The position numbers and the translations under genes are program-made. The notes under the pieces are model-generated. The model was not told the DNA's origin and ran no database searches. It saw only the letters and a program-made list of their open reading frames with translations. 64,000 bases of DNA from an uncultured bacterium (lineage in GTDB: Bacteria > Poribacteria > WGA-4E > WGA-3G): the NCBI GenBank assembly GCA_964652195.1, contig CAZZBB010000068.1, positions 102,398 through 166,397 on the forward strand, in the 5' to 3' direction. Shown here one piece after another: positions 51,106-60,704 of the stretch. Numbering within the stretch: position 1 is the first letter of the stretch; each line of letters begins with the position of its first letter.

Positions 51106-51846
51106 CTAATTGTCTTTAATACTACCCCATGAGGTGGCAAGTTTTGTATATGGTTTGACTGGAAAAGGTTTACCAGGACCACCATTGGGAATGTTCTTAC
51201 CAGAAATTTCAACATTATCATACCGCACACGAGAATTACTAATAGCAAGGCCAACTTGACCTTTATCAATAGGATCTGCATCCTCGGCAATAATTGTCAC
51301 CAGAGGATTATCCCCTTCATCTTCAGCATTCTTTATGCTAAACTCAAGTATAGCTTCACCTTCTTCAATCGGATTTAATTGTACAGATGCAGTGAGTTCA
51401 TACCAAACATCTTTGTCAGCAAAGAAATTCCGTCTTGTCGATCCACCATTTGCTACCCATTTATCAATGACAGCAAACCCTCTTAAATAATCTACATAAA
51501 ACACATAACGTCCGCCTTCCTCACCTCTGTCATGAAGAGTGAGTCCAAAATATGGAGGATCGTTTTTTTCATCTATCAGTTTAACTATACACCTGACAGA
51601 ATAATACTTCCAGTTGCTTTCACCCGTCATCCAAAGACTCCAAAATCCAGGTTGAAAAATCTCACCAACTGCTTCGTCATCATTAATCCACCATTTCTCT
51701 ACTTGTCGGTTAAGATTGAAGATTTCCCATTCTTTAGTATCATTGTCCTCAAAATCATCACGCCAAGTCCCAGCAAATGATTGGAAAACAACACACATCA
51801 ATAAATTAAGTAGAATAAAATAATAAAGTTTTCTTTGATTCGTCAT
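51106..51846 (-). CDS. Secreted DUF1080/concanavalin-like domain protein; C-terminal 'KLATSWGSIKDN' motif
   Basis: Signal peptide. '…GQVGLAISNSRVRYDNVEI' resembles the DUF1080 C-terminal strands. Confidence 0.45.
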   Translation of the reverse strand: MTNQRKLYYFILLNLLMCVVFQSFAGTWRDDFEDNDTKEWEIFNLNRQVEKWWINDDEAVGEIFQPGFWSLWMTGESNWKYYSVRCIVKLIDEKNDPPYFGLTLHDRGEEGGRYVFYVDYLRGFAVIDKWVANGGSTRRNFFADKDVWYELTASVQLNPIEEGEAILEFSIKNAEDEGDNPLVTIIAEDADPIDKGQVGLAISNSRVRYDNVEISGKNIPNGGPGKPFPVKPYTKLATSWGSIKDN

Positions 51847-51858
51847 AATACCCTTCCC

Positions 51859-54800
51859 TTATGGTTTGTTCACAATACAGTTTCCCTCTGAGTCTGAATA
51901 TGGACAGTAATTGCAATGTTCCAGATTCTTTGTATAATTCTCATGTTGTAGATTAGAAATCCTACCAATCCAACCTAATCGTAATTCATTCAAATCTGAT
52001 ATCGTGAAGGAATGTTCTATGTGTCTGTTATGATACGCTGAAAAAAGCATAATGTTGATAGCCTGTTGATTAGGATATTGGGAATGTAACAGTAGTCCAT
52101 ATAATTCCATCTCAGGTGAAAAAACATCCAAATTCTCAGTATTCTCGGGAATCAATACAATTCCATGCCAAATTCCTGATTCTGTTTTCACAAGTCTATC
52201 CAACCTACCAGATATTATATGTCCATCCAAATTAAAATGAATCTGTTGGTTAGAAAGTGAGATGAGTGATGAGGTTATTACTTCACCGATCTCAGATGCA
52301 AGTAAAATATCATTTTGTTCTTCAAAGGTTAGTGTTTCTTCAGATGTCAGGTCTCCACTCAGTGGTGACATTTTCAGCACATATTCAAGATAGTGTCGTA
52401 ATGGACACTGACCATAGGTAGCCAGTTCATGTATGGTATATGTTGAAGAGAAATTGTTTATTTCAATTTCATCATAAGGTGATTCAGGAAAAGTATGAGG
52501 AGTTTCCTCTATTGGCATTTGTTCTCTATCATTTATCCAATCAATCTGTTTAATGAATCGTATTTTTTGCTGAAACCTTTGCGGTATAGGACGTTCTTGG
52601 GTATAAACATCCAGTTCTACGTTCAATTCCTTAATATCATTCTCATTGGTATATTCAAGATGTTTAATGATATCTTGCAACTTATTTCTTGATTTACCCT
52701 TATTATTAATTGAACCTGAAAGAATCAATCTGTCTTTTGCTCGAGTTACACCAACATAAAATACACGTTTTTCTTCTGCTCTATCTTTCAAATTCTGTCT
52801 TTTTCTCATTACTGAAACAATAGCAGGTTCGGTTTTATTATATTCTTTTTCTGGTCTTAATGGACTAAAACCGATACCCAATTCATCGTCTATGAAAGGC
52901 TCACGTGCTTGAGGACTTGACCTATCAAGAGAAGGTAGAATCACAACTGGAAACTCTTTCCCTTTTGCTGAGTGAATAGTCATAATCTTAACTGCAGAAC
53001 TACTGTCCTCAACAGGTGCATCACCCTCTGATGGCTCATCTGTAATTAGAATATCCAGATAGTCAACAAATTCATTAAGTAAATTACCGGTTTCATCACC
53101 ATCATACGTACCAGCAAGTTCTAATAGTTTTTGATAATTTGCCCAATTCTGTTCACCTTTATTACCTGACTTGATTGCACCAATCATGCCAGTTTCATGA
53201 ACTATGGTCTGAATAAGTCTATTTAACCGCATTCGTTGTGCTATTTGTAGATGGTTTCTTAAAGTTGAAATGGCATGACGAAGTCGGTCTGTGGGTGTTT
53301 CGTACTTAACAGTGTTTTCCCAAAAACTATCTTTTCCAACCTGAGATATTTCATAGATCTCTACATCTGATATACCAAAAGCAGGTCCCCGTAAAACACC
53401 AATTAACGATGTATTATTCTTTTCAGGATTAATAAGAAAGTGGAGATAGTTCCAAAAATCATAGATTTCTTGCCGTTGATAGAAACCAATTCCACCAGAG
53501 GTAAGGTAGGGAATACCAAACTCATTTAATGCTACTTCAATAATAGGTAAATGACTTCTTGCACGTATAAGAATGGTTATATCACCATGTTTTATAGGCC
53601 TTGGATACTCATTATTATCTCCTCGTTCCCAAATTTCCTCTTTAGAATCTATCATACTCTTAATTTTCTGTGCGATAAACACAGATTCAGAGACTTCATC
53701 TTCTTCATTTCGAAGAATAATTTCGACTGCACCATTTCCTCCCGCAACGCGTGCTTTATTTAATGGCTCATATATCACCTCAAATTCATTCTCAAATACA
53801 CCCTCAAATTGTTTTTCAAAAAAGTAATTAACGAATCCGACTACATCCCGTAAAGAGCGGTAATTCTCTTGAAGACTTATAACCTCTCCATTATGTTCTT
53901 CTATTTTTTGTTTTGTGTCATCAAAGACCCGTACATCAGCTCCACGAAATCCATAGATACTCTGTTTGGGATCACCTACAATGAATAGATTAGATTCGTT
54001 GAGATTATTTGTCAGAAGATTTACCAGTTCATATTGCAATTCGTTTGTATCTTGATACTCATCTATCATGTAATACTCATACTGTCCTCGGATATTTTGA
54101 CTTACAGTTTCGACATTTTTCAATAGGTTGACAGTTCTTAATTGAAGGTCTTCGTTATCCAATTTTCCTTGGATGAATTTCATCTTCTGGTAATTCTTCA
54201 ATATGAGATCATACAGTTGAAGGAGACTTTGGGAGATCTTATACAAGAACTCATCATCGGTTTCAATACCCGTATTGCAATCATATACTGGTGCTGATTT
54301 GATTTTCTTGGCAGTCTCTACAACATACTGAATTTCGTCTTCTACAACTGTAGTGTCTACTTTACTCCCAATGAGATCTCTCTTTGCAATCGTATCTGTA
54401 CTGGTAGTTATTAATCCTGCGATTTCTATGAGTAATGTACGTTGTTCTTCGCTTTCCCCATTTTGGACAGATAAAGTCTCAATTTGTTGCTTTAATTCTA
54501 TAATTCTATCTACCTTACTACCCCGTGCAATCTGGAGTATAGTATGTAGACAATCTAAAAATTCTGATAGTTGATTCTCTGCCAATATAGATGCATTAAA
54601 TATATCATACCATACCTGTGGTATCTCAGTATTGTTGATATTCTCATAAACAGTTTGTCTTAGTGATTCAATCGTCGAACGTTCGTTCACCATTCTGGAG
54701 AGTAAATCTATAAGATACTGCTTATTTCTGGTCCTATACAAACAATATTCAATATCGGAATAGAACGGGTTCTCGGCCTTTGATACAATATCATCAAATG

Positions 54801-55200
54801 TACTCTTGATAACTTTTTGGAATAAAAGTCTTTGTTCTATACCTTCAATTATAGTAAAGGATGCTGGGATTTTAGCATCGAAGGGGTATTCTCTTAAAAT
54901 TCGGGCACAAAATGAATGTATTGTTGAGATAGGTGCTGTATTCATCTCTTCGATACAATTTTCACGAATATCCCTATTCCGATCATCATGGAGTTCTTCT
55001 ATAATACGCGCTTTGATCTCTGCAGCAGCCTTCTTAGTAAAAGTAATTGCTACAATTTGCCTTGGTGTTGCTTTTCCACTACGAAGAATTTTAAGGTATC
55101 GTTGTACTAAAACAGTTGTCTTACCTGAACCTGCACCGGCAGTGACACAGATGTGCTTATCAATGTTAAGAGCTTTCTGTTGGTTTGGGGTTAAATTCAT
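51859..55200 (-). CDS. UvrD/Rep-family helicase fused to a C-terminal PD-(D/E)XK nuclease with a Cys4 (Fe-S-like) motif (AddA/AddB-Cas4-like single-chain helicase-nuclease)
   Basis: N-terminal 'AGAGSGKTTVL' Walker A with UvrD motifs. C-terminal 'C…CNYCPY…C' cysteine cluster. 1113 aa. Confidence 0.75.
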   Translation of the reverse strand: MNLTPNQQKALNIDKHICVTAGAGSGKTTVLVQRYLKILRSGKATPRQIVAITFTKKAAAEIKARIIEELHDDRNRDIRENCIEEMNTAPISTIHSFCARILREYPFDAKIPASFTIIEGIEQRLLFQKVIKSTFDDIVSKAENPFYSDIEYCLYRTRNKQYLIDLLSRMVNERSTIESLRQTVYENINNTEIPQVWYDIFNASILAENQLSEFLDCLHTILQIARGSKVDRIIELKQQIETLSVQNGESEEQRTLLIEIAGLITTSTDTIAKRDLIGSKVDTTVVEDEIQYVVETAKKIKSAPVYDCNTGIETDDEFLYKISQSLLQLYDLILKNYQKMKFIQGKLDNEDLQLRTVNLLKNVETVSQNIRGQYEYYMIDEYQDTNELQYELVNLLTNNLNESNLFIVGDPKQSIYGFRGADVRVFDDTKQKIEEHNGEVISLQENYRSLRDVVGFVNYFFEKQFEGVFENEFEVIYEPLNKARVAGGNGAVEIILRNEEDEVSESVFIAQKIKSMIDSKEEIWERGDNNEYPRPIKHGDITILIRARSHLPIIEVALNEFGIPYLTSGGIGFYQRQEIYDFWNYLHFLINPEKNNTSLIGVLRGPAFGISDVEIYEISQVGKDSFWENTVKYETPTDRLRHAISTLRNHLQIAQRMRLNRLIQTIVHETGMIGAIKSGNKGEQNWANYQKLLELAGTYDGDETGNLLNEFVDYLDILITDEPSEGDAPVEDSSSAVKIMTIHSAKGKEFPVVILPSLDRSSPQAREPFIDDELGIGFSPLRPEKEYNKTEPAIVSVMRKRQNLKDRAEEKRVFYVGVTRAKDRLILSGSINNKGKSRNKLQDIIKHLEYTNENDIKELNVELDVYTQERPIPQRFQQKIRFIKQIDWINDREQMPIEETPHTFPESPYDEIEINNFSSTYTIHELATYGQCPLRHYLEYVLKMSPLSGDLTSEETLTFEEQNDILLASEIGEVITSSLISLSNQQIHFNLDGHIISGRLDRLVKTESGIWHGIVLIPENTENLDVFSPEMELYGLLLHSQYPNQQAINIMLFSAYHNRHIEHSFTISDLNELRLGWIGRISNLQHENYTKNLEHCNYCPYSDSEGNCIVNKP

Positions 55201-55224
55201 TATTCTTTACTTCAATTACCCATT

Positions 55225-56316
55225 CTAATCTGTATTTTCATCTGTATTTTCAAGCGGCAGTGGAATAATTGCTTCAGGAGGTATTGATACATTAACTGTA
55301 TCCCCTTCATTTTTTAGTTCTTTTTCAGGATTATACAGAACCGTTTTAATACTGTGTTGGTCAGCAATCATAAGTTCATATTCCTCTACTCTCCCTAAAT
55401 AAGTTATGTGAGAGAGAGTGGCATCAAATTGGTTAACGTTACTATTCTGGTTTAGCTGAATAGTTTCTGGTCTAATAGAACAAGTCACCTCCTGTCCATG
55501 TGTAAAATTGTGATATACACACTCAGAATGAAGTATTCCTACTGAAGTCTCTATTTTCACACTCCCATTTGAAATCTCTTGTATATTACCAGTGATAAAA
55601 TTTGTCTCACCAACGAAACTCGCTACAAAAGGATCAGTTGGAAACTTATAGATTTCTCGTGGAGATCCAGTCTGCACAAAAACTCCATCTTTCATGATTG
55701 CCATCCGTGTTGCCATAGAAATTGCTTCCACTTGATCATGGGTAACATATATTGTTGTAATCTTAGTTCTGTTATGTATTTCTCTGATTTCATTACGTAG
55801 ATTTTGTCGAAGGGCGGCATCCAAATTACTCAATGGTTCATCAAGTAATAGAACACTGGGTTCAATTACTAAGGCACGCGCCAAAGCAATCCGTTGCTGT
55901 TGTCCTCCAGAAAGTGTGTTAACAGGTCTATCATGATATTCTCTCATCTGTACCAAATCCAGAACAGAATCTATCTTCACTTGACGATCTTTCTTTTCCA
56001 GTTTTCTTAGCTTTAATCCATAGTCAACATTTTGCTCTACTGTCATGTGGGGCCATAGGGCATAATTCTGGAATACCATCCCTGTGTTACGTTGGTGTGG
56101 AGGAACATTATTCATTTCTGTCCCGTCGAACCGTAAGATGCCAGCATCTGGACGATAAAATCCTGCGATGACCCTCAAGAGTGTTGATTTACCGCACCCA
56201 GATGGGCCAAGAAGAAAGAAAAGTTCACCGGGTTCAATGGTTAGTGATACATCATTAACAGCAAAAGTTGTATCAAAAGATTTTGTTATATGGTCTAACT
56301 CTACAGCAACAGACAT
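55225..56316 (-). CDS. ABC transporter ATP-binding protein with TOBE-type C-terminal domain (PotA/FbpC/MalK-like); no permease adjacent
   Basis: Walker A GPSGCGKST, signature LSGGQQQR, Walker B LLLDEP. Confidence 0.8.
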   Translation of the reverse strand: MSVAVELDHITKSFDTTFAVNDVSLTIEPGELFFLLGPSGCGKSTLLRVIAGFYRPDAGILRFDGTEMNNVPPHQRNTGMVFQNYALWPHMTVEQNVDYGLKLRKLEKKDRQVKIDSVLDLVQMREYHDRPVNTLSGGQQQRIALARALVIEPSVLLLDEPLSNLDAALRQNLRNEIREIHNRTKITTIYVTHDQVEAISMATRMAIMKDGVFVQTGSPREIYKFPTDPFVASFVGETNFITGNIQEISNGSVKIETSVGILHSECVYHNFTHGQEVTCSIRPETIQLNQNSNVNQFDATLSHITYLGRVEEYELMIADQHSIKTVLYNPEKELKNEGDTVNVSIPPEAIIPLPLENTDENTD

Positions 56317-56363
56317 TAAAACGCACCTTTAATTAATGTATGAAGATTAGTTCTTAAATTCGG

Positions 56364-56400
56364 CAATATACGGACGGGGAAACCCCGTCCCTACGATAAT
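56364..56400 (+). repeat. ~36-bp hairpin repeat GGCAATATACGGACGGGGAAACCCCGTCCCTACGATA (REP-like), copy 1
   Basis: Near-identical inverted-orientation copy at 59171..59207. Base changes between the copies are compensatory in the stem. Confidence 0.6.
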
Positions 56401-56707
56401 TTTATGGACTGGATTACCAAAATATTTATACTTCATTAATTAATCAATTTTAAGCAAGTTTCAATATTAAATATTCACATTGTGCGTCAATAACGGGCGG
56501 GGAAAACCTGCCCCTACGGGTTTGACACCTATCGAAAATCGTAAGATTATTATTTAATATTGCTTATAAATAACGTGAGTTTGATAACTCAAATTCTAAT
56601 ATACTGTGCGGTTAGAAACCGCACCTACCGGGGCTATATGAGTATTAATTATGGAAGAATGAAGTTAAAATACATATTTTCAAACTCACCTTATAAATAA
56701 TATCCTA

Positions 56708-57568
56708 TCACTTCACAGTTCCTACATCCTTAACACATCTGAAACCTATAGTACTACCCGAACTAAGATGATACCATCGATCAGACACCCTAAGATCGTC
56801 TTTACTTCCACCCCAAGCTCCACCACGTAAGATCCTGAAATTACCGTTTTCAGGGGCTATACTCCTACCAAATCTGGGATTGTGTTCTGGTGAATTTCCA
56901 TAAAATTCACCATTATACTCATCAAAACACCATTCCCAAACATTCCCAATCATATCGTATAGACCATAATCATTTGGTGGAAAACTACCCACAGGTGATG
57001 TCCATTTCCAAATATCTTTTCCCTCAACACCCCCAAAATTTGCATCATCATGTGTGAGATAATTAGAAGTAGGATAGATCTTCCCTATCTGTCCACCTCG
57101 TGCTGCATATTCCCATTCCGCTTCTGTCGGCAACCGTTTTTTTGCCCAGTGTGCGTATGCCACAGCATCATTCCACGACACATTTACAACAGGATTGTCA
57201 GGTTTATTGAACTTTGGATCGTGCCACAAAGGTGGTGCGGAATAACCGGTTGCAATTACAAACATCTGATAGTGTGCATTTGTAACTTCGTAGACATCAA
57301 TATAAAAGGCATCAAGAGAAACAGTATGTAATGGCAACTCATCATCATCTCCAATATCGTTATGGGTATTTCCCATTTCAAATCGTCCAGATGGTATTAA
57401 CGTCATCTGTCTACCATCTATGATAGAGATTATACTCTTAGGCAACTCTCCTTCTATTAATGTCTGATTTGGGGGATCTGTACAAGAAGATATTATACAG
57501 ACTGAAATAAGAATTATAGAAATGGTCCTAATTTTTGTGTAATCCTTCAATTCTTGATGAAATCTCAT
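56708..57568 (-). CDS. FGE/SUMF1-family domain lipoprotein (FGE-sulfatase fold; one of the two conserved C-terminal cysteines is absent)
   Basis: Lipobox 'IISSC'. 'RGGAW…IGFRCV'. Overlaps selA by 41 nt. Confidence 0.7.
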   Translation of the reverse strand: MRFHQELKDYTKIRTISIILISVCIISSCTDPPNQTLIEGELPKSIISIIDGRQMTLIPSGRFEMGNTHNDIGDDDELPLHTVSLDAFYIDVYEVTNAHYQMFVIATGYSAPPLWHDPKFNKPDNPVVNVSWNDAVAYAHWAKKRLPTEAEWEYAARGGQIGKIYPTSNYLTHDDANFGGVEGKDIWKWTSPVGSFPPNDYGLYDMIGNVWEWCFDEYNGEFYGNSPEHNPRFGRSIAPENGNFRILRGGAWGGSKDDLRVSDRWYHLSSGSTIGFRCVKDVGTVK

Positions 57569-58973
57569 GAGCAGCTTGTATCAGACACTCTATTTCCACA
57601 TCATATAAGGTTCTGATATCAAAGAATAATTTATTATCCTCTATTCGTCCAATCACTGGAGTGCTTGCTTGCCGAAATAATTCCGACAGTTTTTCTACAG
57701 AAATCAACTTCGGACTTAACCCTACAGCAACACTGTTTAAAGTCTCTTCGGGAAGTGAACCGCTACCAATTTGAGATTTCGTTTCAGATGCTTCAATTGA
57801 AATACTATCTTGAAAAACACTCTGTAATCTCTCAGACACAGTTTCAGCAGAAGCATATAATTCCTCTACAGGACGGATGTATCGTTGTAACATTGGAAAA
57901 TCATCTGTAATCTCATTATCCAAAGATAGGTAATTCTGTAGTGTGGTTGAAAGCGCTGCAATTGTTAATTTATCAACTCTTAATGCTCGCATCAAAGGAT
58001 TTTTCCGTATCCGTTGTATCATCTCTGTTTTACCAGCAATTATTCCCGCTTGCGGACCACCTAACAATTTATCACCACTAAATGTGACTATATCAACTCC
58101 AGCTTGCATCCTATCCGCAACTACAGGTTCATAAGGAAGACCATAATTCGATAGATCCACTAATGCTCCGCTCCCCAAATCTTCCATGAGTGGTATATTA
58201 TGTTCCTTACCCAGTAGTGCTAATTCTTGGATGTCAGGGGTTGAAGTAAATCCAAGAATCTTATAATTACTTGGATGAACTTTGAGAAACAGTGAAGTAT
58301 TCTCATTAATTGCTTCTTCATAATCGCGTAGATGTGTTCTATTTGTTGTCCCTACTTCTCTAAGAATAGCACCACTTGATGTCATTACATCAGGTATACG
58401 GAATGCACCTCCAATTTCTATGAGTTCTCCTCGTGAAACAATTACCTCTTTACCTCTTGCAAGAGTATTCAATGAAATGAGTACTGCAGCAGCATTATTA
58501 TTAACTATAGTAGAAGCTTCACAACTGGTTAATTCTTGAAGTAAGGGTTCAGTTAATCGATCCCTATGTCCCCTTGTTCCTGTTTCTAAGTCGTATTCTA
58601 AATTAACATAATTCTGTGCAGCCTTTGTAATACTATTACACACTGATTCTGGGAGTAATGATCGTCCAAGATTCGTATGTGTCACAGTTCCAGTAGCATT
58701 TATTACAGTACGGATAGGTGGTTTTAATTTATCCTTAAGATGTTGAATAACTAATTCAGGAAATTCATCACGGTGAGGAATATTAATCTCAGTATTACCT
58801 TCTAAAATCTGTGATCTGAAATCTGAAACGATAGAACGCAATATGTCCGTAACCAGTGATCTTGAATACGATTCAACTAATTTGATGATTTCAGGTTGCG
58901 TCAGAAGTTTTTCAATTGCAGGCAGTTTTTGAAGTAATTCTTCCTTTTCGTTTCCGATTTTTTCTGTAGACAA
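57528..58973 (-). CDS. selA: L-seryl-tRNA(Sec) selenium transferase (selenocysteine synthase)
   Basis: Blocks 'INATGTVTHTNLGRS', 'IVNNNAAAV', 'VSRGELIEIGGAFRIPDV', 'EVGTTNRTH' and 'FSGDKLLGGPQAGII' match E. coli SelA closely. 481 aa. Confidence 0.9.
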   Translation of the reverse strand: MSTEKIGNEKEELLQKLPAIEKLLTQPEIIKLVESYSRSLVTDILRSIVSDFRSQILEGNTEINIPHRDEFPELVIQHLKDKLKPPIRTVINATGTVTHTNLGRSLLPESVCNSITKAAQNYVNLEYDLETGTRGHRDRLTEPLLQELTSCEASTIVNNNAAAVLISLNTLARGKEVIVSRGELIEIGGAFRIPDVMTSSGAILREVGTTNRTHLRDYEEAINENTSLFLKVHPSNYKILGFTSTPDIQELALLGKEHNIPLMEDLGSGALVDLSNYGLPYEPVVADRMQAGVDIVTFSGDKLLGGPQAGIIAGKTEMIQRIRKNPLMRALRVDKLTIAALSTTLQNYLSLDNEITDDFPMLQRYIRPVEELYASAETVSERLQSVFQDSISIEASETKSQIGSGSLPEETLNSVAVGLSPKLISVEKLSELFRQASTPVIGRIEDNKLFFDIRTLYDVEIECLIQAAHEISSRIEGLHKN

Positions 58974-59170
58974 CTTCTTTTCCTAATGGTAAATAAAAAG
59001 GTATATGGAACTATGTCGAATGATAGGTAAGCCACTATGGAATTTTACCAAACGAAAAGAGGATTGTCAATCGAAAGTAGTAGGGGAGGGTGTAAACTAT
59101 TGAGTAATTTACATAGATACGATTTTTCATGAAGTTTAAATAAATATTTCGGTTATTCAGTTCATTAAAG

Positions 59171-59207
59171 TATCGTAGGGGCGGGGTTTCCCCGCCCGTA
59201 TATTACC
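59171..59207 (-). repeat. ~36-bp hairpin repeat (REP-like), copy 2, inverted orientation
   Basis: The reverse complement reads GGTAATATACGGGCGGGGAAACCCCGCCCCTACGATA. Confidence 0.6.
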
Positions 59208-59328
59208 GAATGAATAACTTAATCTTCATAATAAAATCTAAATTCTGATTATTCTTATACCATTTCTAAGAAATATTCTGACATATAAACATCATTCACC
59301 AAACCTGGTAGGCACAGTTTAGTGTCTG

Positions 59329-60144
59329 TCAAATTTCACCGATACAGAACAGGGTATTCTTTGCTTCTAAACTCCGAATATCGGAATAATGGTGAACTTG
59401 AGCAACTTCCACTCCATTTTTAATAATGGCAGTGGGACGTTCGATAACGAAGTCAGCAAAGTGCGATGCGTTGAAAGCAACATAAGCAAGACTGAACATC
59501 TCAATCTGCCGATCGTATCGGTTTGACAAATCTGGAAATAGAACAATTCCTGTATCAACTTGGTAGATATTTGCGTTCACATTGATGTTCATCGTTTTAA
59601 CTGGACACTCGATAATTGCCCGTTGATGTGTATTGGTATTCCATATTTCAGTGTGCGTTACGATGGGTAGACATTTTTGTGTCGCCTCTAAAATAGATGT
59701 GTTGTTATCAAGGATCGAAACCTGCGATGCTTCTTGAACATCAAACAGTGGTCCTCCCCAATAATCCTGCGCTGGTCTATACTCGACATAGTTATCGTTA
59801 CAGTATGCATGTCTTCTGAATACCGCTATATGTTCTTCGCCAAAAACAGGGAGGAAATCATAGTTCGGATTTATGAAGAGATTTTTCTCCGCAAAGGTGT
59901 GTTCACTTTTACACGAACCACATTGGTAATAATCGCTGAAACTTCCATCTGTATTATCTATGACACGGCATCGAGATTCGACCCAAAAGCGCGGTGCGTT
60001 CCCATTGCCAACAGAGTTAATAAAAGAAAGTCCATAATCAAGGCACTTCATTGCTTCTCCTTTAGACGGTAAATGATGTAATAATCTCATTTTATCCCAA
60101 CAGTGTTCACCTGTCAATCGGCATCTCTTGTTTCTTCTCCCCAC
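59329..60144 (-). CDS. Hypothetical protein (Cys-rich N-terminus), GTG start
   Basis: 271 aa with no recognised motif. Located immediately upstream of selA. Confidence 0.35.
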   Translation of the reverse strand: MGRRNKRCRLTGEHCWDKMRLLHHLPSKGEAMKCLDYGLSFINSVGNGNAPRFWVESRCRVIDNTDGSFSDYYQCGSCKSEHTFAEKNLFINPNYDFLPVFGEEHIAVFRRHAYCNDNYVEYRPAQDYWGGPLFDVQEASQVSILDNNTSILEATQKCLPIVTHTEIWNTNTHQRAIIECPVKTMNINVNANIYQVDTGIVLFPDLSNRYDRQIEMFSLAYVAFNASHFADFVIERPTAIIKNGVEVAQVHHYSDIRSLEAKNTLFCIGEI

Positions 60145-60266
60145 AGTCCCTTTCTTTCATTTGCCATAAGCGTATTCGGCGTTGATTTGGGTGAATACCA
60201 TAATGGTAATCATACCAGGGAATGCTAAATTGCATTCATACCGTTTTTTCCTTGATTCCTTGATTC

Positions 60267-60302
60267 GATCTCCGAATCGCGATCTATCGGGAATCGGAGA
60301 TC
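60267..60302. promoter_or_regulatory. Operator-like nested palindromes: GATCTCCGA…TCGGAGATC (9-bp perfect inverted repeat) enclosing ATCGCGAT, preceded by tandem CTTGATTC x2
   Basis: Read from the sequence, about 120-160 bp upstream of the 59329..60144 gene. Confidence 0.4.
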
Positions 60303-60590
60303 CTCCTACAAAATAAATTGTGAGGTTAACACCAATAACTTTACATCCATTTATGACACATATTCATTTGGAAGTTGAACCAGAATATAATATTATGAGT
60401 AAAGTCATAGAATTGAATAACGAACACTTATTTTTATAAAATTTTTCCTTTTTATTTTTTGAAAATCTGAAACTTGTGCGTTAGAGAACAATATTTCTGC
60501 ATCAAACTGTCCTTCTAAAAAATGAGTTTGAAATAGTTGTATTGGTGAAGACTTATGACTCAGTCTTCGCCCTGGTTGTGTAACAGGATA

Positions 60591-60700
60591 TTATACCATT
60601 TCAATTATATTTTCCTTCATTACCGACTGTTAGAAATGAACTGTGAAAGGCACAAACTGAAAGTTTATGCTACGATAAAGACCCATTTTCAATTAGAATT
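60591..60700. mobile_element. MITE-like element, copy 2 (~110 bp; terminal inverted repeats TATTATACCA … TGGTATTAC), immediately 3' of a T9SS-CTD gene
   Basis: About 85% identical to 13449..13574. Confidence 0.5.
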
Positions 60701-60704
60701 GGTA

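Noticed and set aside
60145-60366. The reading frame upstream of the GTG start of the 59329..60144 gene stays open for 68 codons through an in-frame TGA (60157-60159). This could have been a second Sec codon, next to selA.
   Set aside because: The upstream stretch translates to an implausible, low-information peptide. It coincides with strong nested palindromes and tandem repeats (60251-60302) typical of an operator or promoter. The open frame is better explained by local GC-rich repeat composition.
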